A stretch of 64,000 bases of DNA from Styela clava (Eukaryota): the NCBI RefSeq assembly GCF_964204865.1, contig NC_135257.1:2480001-2544000 (forward strand), written 5' to 3'. A program made the position numbers and the translations under genes. This document shows, one piece after another, positions 1 through 11,692 of this stretch. Below the pieces are notes generated by a model. It was not told the DNA's origin. It saw only the letters and a list, made by a program, of their open reading frames with translations, and searched no databases. The number at the start of each line of letters is the position of its first letter. The first letter of the stretch is position 1.

Positions 1-143
1 GCAGCACCATACCGGTACTGCCTTAATTTAGTTATACCAGTATACCGGTACTGTTACCGGTAACATTTAGTAATGTACATGATATTATTCCTGTATACTA
101 TGCAATTAAAACAGCTATTTTAAACTTTTAATTGTTTTTTAAG

Positions 144-3100
144 GTATTAAACTTACTTTAACTGGAGAATGCAGAGTAAAATGGAAGGTTGATTCAGGTG
201 GAGATGATGAGAAGACTTACAAATCGCATGAAGTGTATTTTGTAAGACACATCTTTCTGTATGGGCAAGGTAGTTCATCTGTTTATAGTAGGCATGAATG
301 CTTGAGATTTTTCTATATATTTATATACTGATATACACAACTAAATATCTCAGTGCTATTGAAACATCTTTTTAAATAAAATACGGATTTCTTGTAGGTT
401 TGGAGCATACTAAAATTTAGATAAGATACTTTGAGTTATACTATATTTGTGATACATTTGGTTAACCTGCATTTAATATTTCATTTAATTAACCTGCATT
501 TTCAATATTTCATTGAATTGTTTTTGTAGAAAATTCCCAACAAGATGTGTCTATCACTCCTGGTTTGTACAATTCACCATTTCAGTACCAACTTCCAACT
601 GCTATTCCTTCAAAATTTGTATGTATGTGTTCTAGTTTCAATTTTTAACACCATATTAAATTGTAGTGTTCATTGAATGACTTCATAACTTACTTCTGTA
701 GATCTCAGGAACGTTTATCTTTAAGTTTAACACAAAAAAAAAATACAAGTTTTTTCACATTCTGGTCGAGATGGTTGTCATGGGATATTATTCAGAATAG
801 TCAAATGCAATGTTAACGACTATAGAAACTGAAAGAGCATTTTCACTTCTTTTATAGCAAAATATGGAACCGTTTCATACACAATCGCCGTCTCTGTGGA
901 ATCTAGTGGAGTTTTCGCAAGTGATGAAGCTAACACCTTCGTTATGGATGTATATAATCCAACCAGCCCACCAGCACCTCTTGTAAGAATAATAGGTTTG
1001 AAACATATTTTTGGCTAGATAATCCAATTTATTCTAATGCTCAAAACCAGGCAAGATCATACTAGTGGATGGCTACTCATTGAGGATTTGATATCATTGA
1101 TACATTAAGTAGTTACAAACATAGCTATGGAAAAGAATATTTCAAAAAGCTGAGAATTTTGTTTGTGCATCTTTGATCAAAGTAGTATCACAAGCAGAAG
1201 TTTGCGAATTCAGTCATAATTTTTTACTCTTTCATGATTTTAATCGAACAGATTCAGAGGAATTTTTACTTTTGTTAATTACCTTTGTTCACTGTTTTGA
1301 AGCAAGCATAGTTTTTTAATAAAAGTTTGGTTCACCTAACAATCATAACAGAAATTTGCTTTTGAAAAGATTACCATAATTTGTTGTTTTCCGAATCACT
1401 TCGTCTTGACTGACAAGTCCCATATTAATATACCGGTATGTTTCAGAGGCCGATCCGACTGTTTGGGGAAGGTGAAGACACTGGCTGTTTTGGTGGTCTT
1501 GAAATGATAAAATTTGAGTTGACAACTGACAAAAATTATTATAGCCCTGGGGAATCAATAATGGTCAATGGATATGTTATGAATGGAAGGTAGGAAATTG
1601 CTTCAAAATGAAACATTTTTTGAATACCCAATAAATCATATGTTAAATATAATATATTGTTGATGTGGTTGGTAAAAAGCAGATAGGGGGGGGGGGGGGG
1701 GTATATTGAGCATATGGGGTTAATTGAGTACAAGGTATAAAAACCTCGCTAACTTTTTTGTACGTTGAGTGAATGGTTTGTACTTTGTAGCAACAATAGT
1801 TCATATCCTATGCTTCCATTTCATTGCGTATAACTGACTTGCCTACTAATGATAAAATTGTTTTAGATGTTTGTATGTGAAATTTTTTTTGTTCACGAAA
1901 AAAATTGTTTTGGAAACTTTCACGTGACACTTTTCTGATAGTATATTTTGAACTTTTTGTGATGCCTTTTAGTACCTTAGTAAAGACTCTCTTTGCCCCA
2001 GTAGATAATTTTTGTGTAACTCATTGACTTTTTGTTTCATTGATGTTTGAAAAAATCGAGGTAAATTGAGTCTGTCGGAAATTTACCGTGGGGTAAATTG
2101 GATATATGCATAAATGGCCTCTCCCACTGCTATAACACAGGATTATGAGGTTCTGTGTGACTATTTTGAGCCCTAACACTTTTTTGTAGCCTTTATCATG
2201 TCAATCTTTCAATATAGGCTTCTATTTTTCATGAATATGAGTGTAAATCCACAATGGGCAATCGTAGGATTTTGAGAAAGCAGTTCTTGTAACTAAAAAA
2301 AAATAGTGAAAAAGAAAGCTGTGGACAATCCAAGCACAGAGTCCTACTCCATCAGTAAGCTTAGTGCATTTACAAAGGCTTTAGTTGACGTAATCACACT
2401 CACTGTCATCTCCGAAAACATGTAGTAATAATAAAAAAACAGCCGCCCCAGAAAAAGAATTCAGGCGAAAACTATATAACGTCAGTTGAAAGTATATACC
2501 ATTATACTGATAGGATAGACTTAAACGAATATGATTGGTAGAAAAAAGAAAAGCAGCAAAGAGAAGGATCATAATTTTAAGTTCAGAAAAGCAGTAACAG
2601 AGTCAGAATTAGATTGGGCTTTATTGACGATGAGACAGAATATGAAACAGAATTCTCACATTGTATAGCTGATTATAACCGAGGACTAACTATAAGTAGC
2701 ATATTCTGACATTAATGAAATCAAGACCTTGACTGGCTGGTTGAAATACGGGGAAAGGGAATTCCTTGGCCAAGTTGTCCTGACCAATGTATATAAAATG
2801 AACTTTGTATGATACCAGTGTATTAAAGAGCTCAAAGATTTTGTGTTAGATTTAACCCAAAATAGGAACATAAAAAGTATCTCTATCAAGGAAGTTGTTG
2901 GCCAAGTCAAACCACCCATTTCTAGTCCATAGTGAACTCGTATTTAAACTAAAAGCCTATTTGTGGTAAAAAGTTTATGGAAACCATAATCGCGATCTAT
3001 CATACCAAGTTTAAAGTGATGTCAGATAATTATGTTTCAAGGTTTTTGTAATTACTATTTTTTAAAATAAACTATATGTACCCAAGTTTCTCATGCAGGT

Positions 3101-6100
3101 CTTTGATTTGATTCTAGGGCTTTCTTAGATTTGATTTGACTGGTAGATGTCAGTATACTCAATTATCCTCGAAAAATTAGGTAAATTGAGTATACTGACT
3201 TCCAAAAAAAAATTGCATTTTAAGGTGACTTGAATACATTGAATAAGACTCAAACTGTTATGCAAGGAAGTACAGGGTCAGAATGTTACAATGAAACCAT
3301 AATTTCACGGAGAATCGATTTCACTCAGATTTTACATCGGTTCAAATGTCAAAAACTACTCAAATAGCCCCACTCCCCCCTATTCCTTTTTCTCAGACAG
3401 TTGCATAACATTGTTAACCAATGATCAAATTTATGTTCATGATCAGGGATCTGGAGTCTGAGTCATTGTTTCAAACGCCTCAGCTTTGGGAGCCAGAGCC
3501 AAAGCGTCATTGTTTGGATTTCTGTGTAAATTATTACTGACTTCACCCACAGTCCTGTTTACGACTGACTGCATTGGCCGTCATAATTATATTTTCCTTT
3601 CATGGTGCTTTAAATGGCTGGCATATTGATATAGTTTTTTGGGTACCGTAAAGCGGGGTGACTATGACCCATTTTTGGTCTTTCAGTCAAAATATCTCGA
3701 ATATTAAAAATCTATGAATTGCTATTCCGGGTCCAAACTATGCATTTTAGAGGGGGTATACGTCGTGCATAATCATTGAACCAAAATATTTGTTTTTTCT
3801 ATATTATTTTTTTTAATTTACGGTGGGCCAAAGTCACCAGCAATTTCGGTACCACTTTGGCCCAGTGCCTATTTCTCCCCATAAATTAAGCTGTACCCAT
3901 ACTGAGACAAAGAAAACATTTATTACAGTGGGCTTTGGCCCACAGAGACTTTTTAAAAAAACAGAAACCCCAAAAAAATTAGAACACTCAACGAAATCGG
4001 CCATTTTATAATGGCACTGCAAAAATCAAAATTAAACATGTCTGTATTCATTCATAGCAGTTGATATCATGGCAAAAAGGTCAGTTCAGTTCAATTCAGA
4101 CACTTTATAGATGCCTCGCGCATTTATGAGATCTGGGGGACTGATACAACGTTTTATGCTGCTCCAGTCGTAAAAAATCTGATCTTTCCGAAATGGCCAT
4201 CTCCAGTTACATCCAGACTTCTCCATGACACTCACCTCGCACCCGTCAGTTGTGCGGGTTTTGACAATTCCAGGGTATAATTCACCCTCATACGAAATTA
4301 TAACATAATCACCAATGTTGCATTCTTCAAATGGCAAGTGATGAGCAGTTGAAACTACAGAGTGAGAGTTGGATGATTCAGGAGTAGAGGCTTCATCGCA
4401 TTCATCGTCTGAGGAAACAATTTCAACCGTTGAATCTGAATCTTCAATATTTTGATTTGCTTGAGCTTTTTTTGAAACCGTTTTTTCAAGTCTTGCCACA
4501 TCTTCCTCACATGCGCTTTTCCCAGGTTCTACCTGAACCTTCTTTCTTGTTTTAGTTTCCTTTGCCACAGAAGATCTTAAATCTGAAATTTTCTCAAGAA
4601 ATTTTTCACTGATAACATCAGAATCATCATGACTCGTAGTTCTTGGTAATCTACTGAGAACTTCTTCTTTATTGAGCGGAACAAGTCCTGCTTTTTTAAA
4701 TCCTGCAACTAGGTTGTTTGCTCCCCTGACATCAAGAGCAAAGCAGAGTTTGTTCAAAAGTGCTGGAAACTCATCTTTTCTTAGCGTTGCGGATGTCTGC
4801 CTTCTTTCTTTACTTTTCACAGAATTCAATATCGATCTCCAAGCGACTTTCATTGGCCTGAAATAGGCAATATCCAGGGGTTGGGTGAGGTGCGTCGAAT
4901 TAGGCGGTAGACATATGAAAGCTATATTGTGATCAAGACATGATTTCAGAACATCTGGACTGATATGGGAGGATAAATTATCCCCAATGAGAACTTTTTT
5001 CCCATTTTGACGCTTCAGCCTAGGCAGCACCATTCGATTAAACCAATCTTGAAAACTAAATCCATCAAACCAGCCTGATCTTGATCTGTTGTATAGTGTC
5101 CCTGGTGGTCCTCCTTCAACCCAAGTGCTCCACAGATTCTCGGCTTTGTACACTACATACGGTGGCATCACTGCTCCTGCTGCATTCCCACAGAACATCA
5201 AACTTATTGCAGATTTTGTCGAATTCAGGATTCTTTCTGGGTATTTGCAGCCGCGCTTGCATATTATCTTCTTTTGCCCTAAAAATAAATGCTTTGATCA
5301 CAATACAGTAATATTTATTATCCATACTAGACTGCAAGCCAAAGTGAAATTTTACATAACACCATAAATAGTTTAAAATTTGATTTGACGCAGTAAATAT
5401 TTTAAAAAAGGGGATTAACAAAGAACGCTTGAAAAATTGAATACCGTAGTACTGTATATACTTAAAAGCAAAGTCACTCATACCTGGGTCATCAGTTAAG
5501 TTTGTTTCATCATAATTCCAAATATTTTCCGGGGGCACATCATCCAACTCTTCTTCGATGTTTTCAAAATATTTTTCAATAGTCTCACTCGATACCCCTG
5601 CCCTTTTCTTTTTTATATTCGTTGCGAATCGCACCGTTAGTTCTGAGTGCCTTTTTAAGAATGCTTTCACCCATTCAACTCCAGGATAATTGCTGTGAAA
5701 TTTACTGACAGTCACTCCTTTTGCATCAAGATAAGCTTTAACTATGCTTCTCAAATCTTCCTGTGCTATCGGAAAACCAAAACTGCTTACGGCTATGCAG
5801 TGCTCCACTAGAATTTTCTCAGTTTCTGCAGATAAAACTGTTTGCCCACCAAATTTTTTCATGTGCCTCAGTTTCAACTTATTCTTCAAAGTACTCCTAG
5901 GTATATTGAACTGTGCTGCAACGTTTCTTTGCGATTCTCCCCTTTTAATTGCTTCCAGAGCTCGCTGAAGTTTTTTCTCACTATAATCATGGTATCTTCT
6001 ACTGCCCAAAACACGACTGAATTTTCTCACCATGATTTGAAATAAACTGTTTACATTTATAGATTAACTGGATGACTAGAATGAGAAAATAAATTCGTTT

Positions 6101-9100
6101 TATTTCTGAAAAATAAAACAAAAAAGTAGGTTTGTATAGGGTAATAAGGTGGGCCAAAGTCAGTACCATATTACATGGAATTTTGCATTGTGGGCAAAAA
6201 ACCTCCCTCATACGCCCCCAACTAGTTTAAACTTGTTCCAAACACCATAAAAACCTTCACAGAGAATATCTCTTCCAACCTGTAAAGAATAAGGACAATT
6301 GAATGTTTCTTTTTTGGACTTCTCAATAAAAGTACTGAGTTGCGATTTTTTTTTCAATTTTTTTATTTCTGACCCTCCAAATGAAAAAGTTTTTTTTCCC
6401 AAATATTTTTCATAAAGTGACAAGATTTTTTGTTGTATAATTATTGCTGCTGTTATTAACTACAGTATCAAAACAAAATAAAATGGGAAATATCAAATAA
6501 AAGTAGATTTGGGTGGGTTTTAAACAAATTCTCAAAATGGGGCCAAAGTCAACCCGTGAGGTCAAAGTCACCCCGTTTTACGGTACTCTCGTAGTATGTG
6601 AACCAGGTAATATTCTAATTTTCCTTATTTTAGTTCTATTAAGAGTTTGTGGACTAGCAAAGTGACTTCCGTAGTATTTGTACCTGAAATTATGGCCTAA
6701 CCCTAACTTGGTACACACACTGCGTTCCGGTGTCCGCCATCTTTGTTCACATACCCATTCTACCTTTTTTTATTATCCCTTGACCAATATAGAATCTTTG
6801 GGGCTCCCGAAGTATGCGAATCAAGATGGCGGACATCGGAATGTAATATCTGTACTAGGTTAGGGTTAGGCCATAATTTTAGGTATAAATACTACGGGAG
6901 GCTCTTGGCTAGTCTTCGAACTGATAATAGGACTAAAATAAGGAAAATTGGAAAAAAATTATCGCCTAACCCCAACCTGTTACCCATGTTACGTTTCAAT
7001 GTCCGCCATCTTGGTTCGCATACTTTGGGAGCCCCGAATCTTTTATGTATAAAACTTTTTTGCAAAAAAAATTCTCAGAAGTCGACCAATGCTGGTTATA
7101 GTATGTGCAAAATTGCACCAAATGGTAAATACCCTTTACTGCTCTGATTTCTATTTTGCTGGCCGGACCCTGTTATTTTTATCTAAATACTTTCATGACT
7201 TCTGACCGACACATCCAATCGCATAGCCAGCGGTGGGGGGGGGGTGAGATTACCCCGTTTAAAAAAAACTTTGATGTGAATTTCATCTACAAAAAAGCAA
7301 CCGCGGAGTTTTACGATTGCGCATTCTGGTTTTGCGGCCTACACGATATTATTCTGCGCGTTATCACTGTGATGCAATTAACCTCCGCCATCTTCAAGAG
7401 ATGTTATTTTTTTTAGTTAGCGCTGATAATGATAAATAAGAATGTGTAATTGTTGATTGCAATTCCGGAAGGCGTATTTTTCCTTCTCTCCATGAAACAG
7501 ACATGAGACGAATTTAACCGCCGTTATGGGCGCAAAAGGAGAGAAGGGTTTTAAACTAATTTAAAAACGTTCGTTTTACGACTTAACCCTTTCCATGCGA
7601 TTTTTTATTTTTTATTAAATAATCGTATTTGCTACGCCGACTTTATGCATTTGTACCCCCACAACTAATCGACTAACGAAAAAGTAATGATCCTCTGCTG
7701 CCCACTGACGGCTCGTTGGAAAGCTTATTTAAAGAGCTTGCAACTGGCGATTAAAAAAAAATTTTTTTTAAAAGGGGTGGTCTGAGTCACAAACCGGATA
7801 GATAAAAGGGATTTTTTTTTTCTTGAGTGTTGAAAATTCAAACTGTGATAAAAAATAGAAATATTCGCTAAATCCTTTACTGTTACCGCTTCTTGGTTGG
7901 CAAACAATAGCATAATATTGCTGTAGCAATTTCGTTATCTAACTCAAAATACTTTGGTAGATGGAAGGGATAATATGTCTTCTATCACCACCCAAAAAAC
8001 ACTGAAATTTGCATAAATTTCAAAAACACTCCCTCGCTCCGCCGCAAATAAAATTCCCATGGTAAACGAAAGCGAGATTTACCGTCGCTTATGTTAATCT
8101 CGAAGAAGACTTCTTATCAATGACTAATCGCTAAATAAAACAGTGGAGTACATCAACGTACCCGCCGCAATCTAGCGAGTTTTGTCGTGGGTACGTATAC
8201 GTGCCCACCGCACGGAAAGGGTTAAGCACTTTTATTAATATAAATCACAGCGCATTGAAAAGCAAATTAGAATTTATTAACATTAATTTACAGATGGCTA
8301 TCGCTAACTGGTAAGAAAGATAAATGTGAAAAAAATTTTCCTTGCCTCTTTGCGTCACATTTTTCAATTCCTAATTTTGCAAGCGTGTCAACACCGTTTT
8401 TGAAACGTCAAACCAGATAAGTAAGACAGGTAAATAATGTATTTTATGGAAATTTCTCGAGATATTGGGGAAGGAATATTATTTTGACCATGTAGAAATG
8501 CCATTATTGCCGATTTATTTATGTGTTTGGTATCAGGTTTTTAGATACCCAACACTGAGTATTCAAGGAATTACCAATTTGCAGAGCTTTTTATTATTAT
8601 TTAATACGAATGTAACACGGACACGATCTAAAATTAAAAACACAAAAATGTCAACTATCTGCTTCACAAATATCACATCCTGGGGTCAGTAATGATAATA
8701 TTGTTCGCTTTAAATTGGGACCGTAATTTGCAAACTGTGATACAAATTCTACACAGAAGATAAAAATGAGAATAAAATAAATTTGTGTTCTGGATGCACT
8801 CCTTAATAGTTGTCTCTTCACTCTCTGACATCTTCGCCAATGTGAAGCCACAATTCTGTCCGAAATATAGAAACCAAACTACGATATCCGAAGTGCTTTA
8901 ATATAATTTAACAACATTAATCGGAATGTCAGTCGCCGAAACGATTGCAGTGACAAAAAATTTATTGCTGCCTTCGATTATGACAAAATCATGAAATAAA
9001 AAACGCCGCATTGTTATGGAGTTTTCATTCCTCTAGTAGAATCCAAAAAAAATATATTTATTGTCACAGCGATTGTTTTGGCGGCCAAAATCCCAATTAA

Positions 9101-11692
9101 TTACGTTTAAAATGACAATATTCATTATTCGGTGTTCGTTGAAAATATTCGAATAACTCGATAAAATACGATTTCGACTCATAAAAAATACGATTTGACC
9201 TGCCACTAATCATGGCGCATGTAAATAATCATTGAATTGCAATAAAATATCAACTCAATTAACAATAAATTCCAAGTAATAGTTTCACATTTCATGCATT
9301 TGATCGGCGCTACATGCAAGCATGTTTTTTGTACATATAAACCATCATGACGCTACTGATATCTGCGAGCTGAAGTTATCTCTAAAATTAATTTTCACAG
9401 CAAAAAGAGCCGGGCTACACGTAACAGTGGAATTTCGCTGTGAACGACCATGCATTTTAGTTTATTAAATGCATTATTACGTCGTCGTGAATAGCACTTT
9501 TGATGTAATGTTTTAATTTCACCTAACCCCCCCTGGACACATCTCAAAATTTATTTTTCAGTTCAGTCGCAACAGAAAAAGTCAGAATGTCGCTTGTACA
9601 GCATTTGACAGTGTATGGCCGGAGGTCTGATTTTTCATTCACCTCTTCGGGAAACTTGAAATCTAAAGAAAAAAAGTATTTAGTAGCTCAATGGGATTGT
9701 GAGAATGTGAGGCCTCGAGGTACAGTCAATCTTGTGAATCGAAGATCTATTGCAATCCCAGGCATACCTGAATCTGACCTAAAACATTGTCAATCGATTG
9801 ATGTCAAGTATTCTTTGCAGGTAAATATGGAACATAATTCAAGATTTTTTATGTTGTTTCAAGATTTCTCTGGAGATTCTAGGTAGATTTATGAATTACA
9901 ACCAAATAACACAATCAGATCAGTTTAGTTATTGAAATCTAGTGATATCCAGTATCCACATCGATTTTGCACTTGTTAAAAATATTCTGATACATTTACG
10001 ATCATGTGATCAAGCTTGAGAGCTATACCATTTCGCATAATGTGACATTACTTGAAACAAAGTTATTTATATACATGAACACTTCCTGTTAGAATTGGAA
10101 GCAGTAATTAAAAGCAATTTGTTTATTGCAATGAATGAAAATCTGACATATATATTAATATATATATATATTTGTGCAAAAATGAATTCCGTTCATTCTG
10201 ATTTGCTACCAGTCAAGTTTGTCTGTAATATATGTATATTTATATTTTTACAAGTTTGAAGTTTTGCTTTCTGGATGGTGTTCCATGACAATCATAAGCA
10301 ATCCTGTTGCAATATTCATAGGAAATAATCAACAACCTCAACATCAGTCGGGCGTAACACCTTCTGCTCCTGCGGCAGATGCATACACACCACACGACCA
10401 AGGTATGCTGATATTTTCGCAAGCAGAAGACTATCTGTTAAATTTTTTTTTATTGCTTTACAGTTTGGTGTTGGGGTTATCTGTAGTGTTCCTTTGTGCA
10501 CATTTACAACATGGATACAATAAACCAATAAAAAAGTCTTTGATTCAGGCAATAAATGCACAAATGCAATAAAATTTCTAACGCCTTTTGCTAATATTTG
10601 TTAACTATACAATGAAGACACAATTTCAATGAGTAACAGTTTACAGTATGCCAATACCCAATGAGAGTAGTAAATAGTAACTATTCAGTACTGATTATCT
10701 CTCATTGGTGTATCATGATGACAAAAAATGAGGTACCAGCTTATAATGGATACGAATTTCAAGGTTGGATAAAATGCAATAGTGAAATTTAACCCATGTC
10801 GAAATACACTGCTTTAGACAATGTCAAATAGTTTTATATAATATTCGCTTAATGTTCCATTTCAAAAATAAGTATTACCCTAACTAATCACTTCTAAAAC
10901 TACCTTTAATAGGCTTTGAATATTAATGTTTAACCATTCTAATATATTGTTATTATACCGGTATATTATGTAAAACCACATGTTCTGAAACCGTATACAA
11001 GAAAGTGTGAATTTGGCATAGATCATCACAATTCTATTAGAACATAGTAAATACGAAGAGGCTTGCCAGTTTTATCGGTTTTCAAACTATTGTCACATAC
11101 GATTTTCTCTATGTTTGTACATTATTAGTGAAGTCAGCAAGAGGCTAACTATATAATTCTTTTAACAAATCATTCATTCCATATTACGTTCCATGTCTAT
11201 GTGGAATCACTGGCTAAGTATGAATAGGCACACGACTAATGTGTAAATTTGTGCTTGTTTCAATGAGCATTACTAAATACATAAGCATATGTATCTGTAG
11301 GACATGTATACGCGACACAAAAAAAAAGTTTATTGGTGTTTTGAAGATCGCTGTATTAAAGGGTCATAGTATCCTTGTTATGTGTGAGGAAACAATGATG
11401 TAGTTGAAAAACAATTGCCTTCTGAGCAAGGTGATAATTCAATCAAAGAGGCTTACTTCATTCAACAAACTCTATTACAGGTGATATGTCTTCTGCTGCT
11501 CCTGGATATGAGACTTTGTCACCACCAGGGCCAAAAGAACCTCCTCCACCAAACTATGATGATGCAATTAAATATGGTTCAGCGGTGACTACATCAAACG
11601 CTGATTCGAAACCTAGTGCCCCCCCATCAGCTGACACACCTAATATGGGGACTTATTATGATTGGAGTCAGTCGGCATTTACATACAAATAA
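144..11692 (+). CDS. Arrestin-domain-containing protein (alpha-arrestin, ARRDC-like); 5' exon(s) lie upstream of the window
   Basis: Phase-compatible GT-AG exons: 144-269 (IKLTLTGECRVKW..YKSHEVYF), 530-622 (PGLYNSPFQYQLPTAIPSKF), 858-982 (KYGTVSYTI), 1447-1589 (DKNYYSPGESIMVNGYVMNGS), 9562-9820 (MSLVQ..HCQSIDVKYSLQ), 10255-10402 (PVAIFIG..TPSAP), 11481-11692 (PPPPNY..KPSAP, TAA). These match Arrestin_N and Arrestin_C motifs followed by a PPxY tail. Confidence 0.9.
1686..3380 (+). mobile_element. Degenerate pogo/Tc1-mariner-like DNA transposon relic in the ARRDC intron
   Basis: TA-flanked G-rich inverted ends (TA-GGGG..TATATTGAGCA on the left; TACTCAAATAGCCCCACTCCCCCC-TA on the right). Internal GGTAAATTGAG-type subterminal repeats at about 2060, 2090, 3155 and 3180. 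A stop-containing reading frame at about 2713-2933 resembles the C-terminal domain of the neighbouring transposase. Confidence 0.55.
3646..6583 (-). mobile_element. Full-length pogo-superfamily (Fot-like, DD35D) DNA transposon
   Basis: 24-bp TIRs CCGTAAAGCGGGGTGACTATGACC / GGTCAAAGTCACCCCGTTTTACGG with 2 mismatches. TA TSD at 3644-3645 and 6584-6585. Subterminal GGGCCAAAGTCA repeats at about 3825, 6151 and 6540. Encodes a transposase. Confidence 0.93.
4086..6033 (-). CDS. pogo/Fot-like transposase, 580 aa, two exons (6033-5484 and 5278-4086)
   Basis: A 205-nt GT-AG intron (5483-5279) joins the two ORF-track ORFs into DETNLTDDPG-QKKIICKRGCKYPERILNS..MFCGNAAG. N-terminal psq-like HTH (SQRNVAAQFNIPRSTL) and CENP-B-type HTH (WVKAFLKRH). 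Catalytic D(ETN), D(NLSSH) and (QPL)D with 35-residue spacing. No stops or frameshifts after splicing. Confidence 0.92.
6586..6764. mobile_element. Merlin-like MITE copy interrupted by the pogo element (its first bases GG-TA lie at 3642-3645)
   Basis: Reverse-complement match to the MITE at 6800-7035. Rejoining the pogo flanks gives GGTACTCTCGTAGTATGTGAACCAG, which matches the family terminus GGNGCTCCCGAAGTATGCGAACCAAG. Confidence 0.6.
6800..7035. mobile_element. MITE with GG termini and 8-bp TSD (Merlin-like)
   Basis: Long TIRs GGGGCTCCCGAAGTATGCGAATCAAGATGGCGGACAT..ATGTCCGCCATCTTGGTTCGCATACTTTGGGAGCCCC. Perfect flanking GAATCTTT duplication at 6792-6799 and 7036-7043. Confidence 0.8.
7587..8221. 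mobile_element. Non-autonomous piggyBac-like element
   Basis: TTAA-CCCTTTCCATGCG ... CGCACGGAAAGGG-TTAA: 13-bp TIR with 1 mismatch and TTAA TSD. Subterminal palindrome GTGGGTACGTATACGTGCCCAC at 8187-8208. Confidence 0.8.

Noticed and set aside
1686-1701. G16 run as a regulatory G-quadruplex
   Set aside because: It coincides with the G-rich TIR of a transposon relic, and homopolymer length may be a sequencing artefact.
5116-5483. Programmed frameshift or pseudogenisation between the two transposase ORFs
   Set aside because: A canonical GT-AG intron restores a continuous, family-typical sequence.
6695-6872. Telomere or interstitial telomeric array (CCTAACCCTAAC / GTTAGGGTTAGG)
   Set aside because: Only about two units, embedded in the arms of a dispersed MITE.
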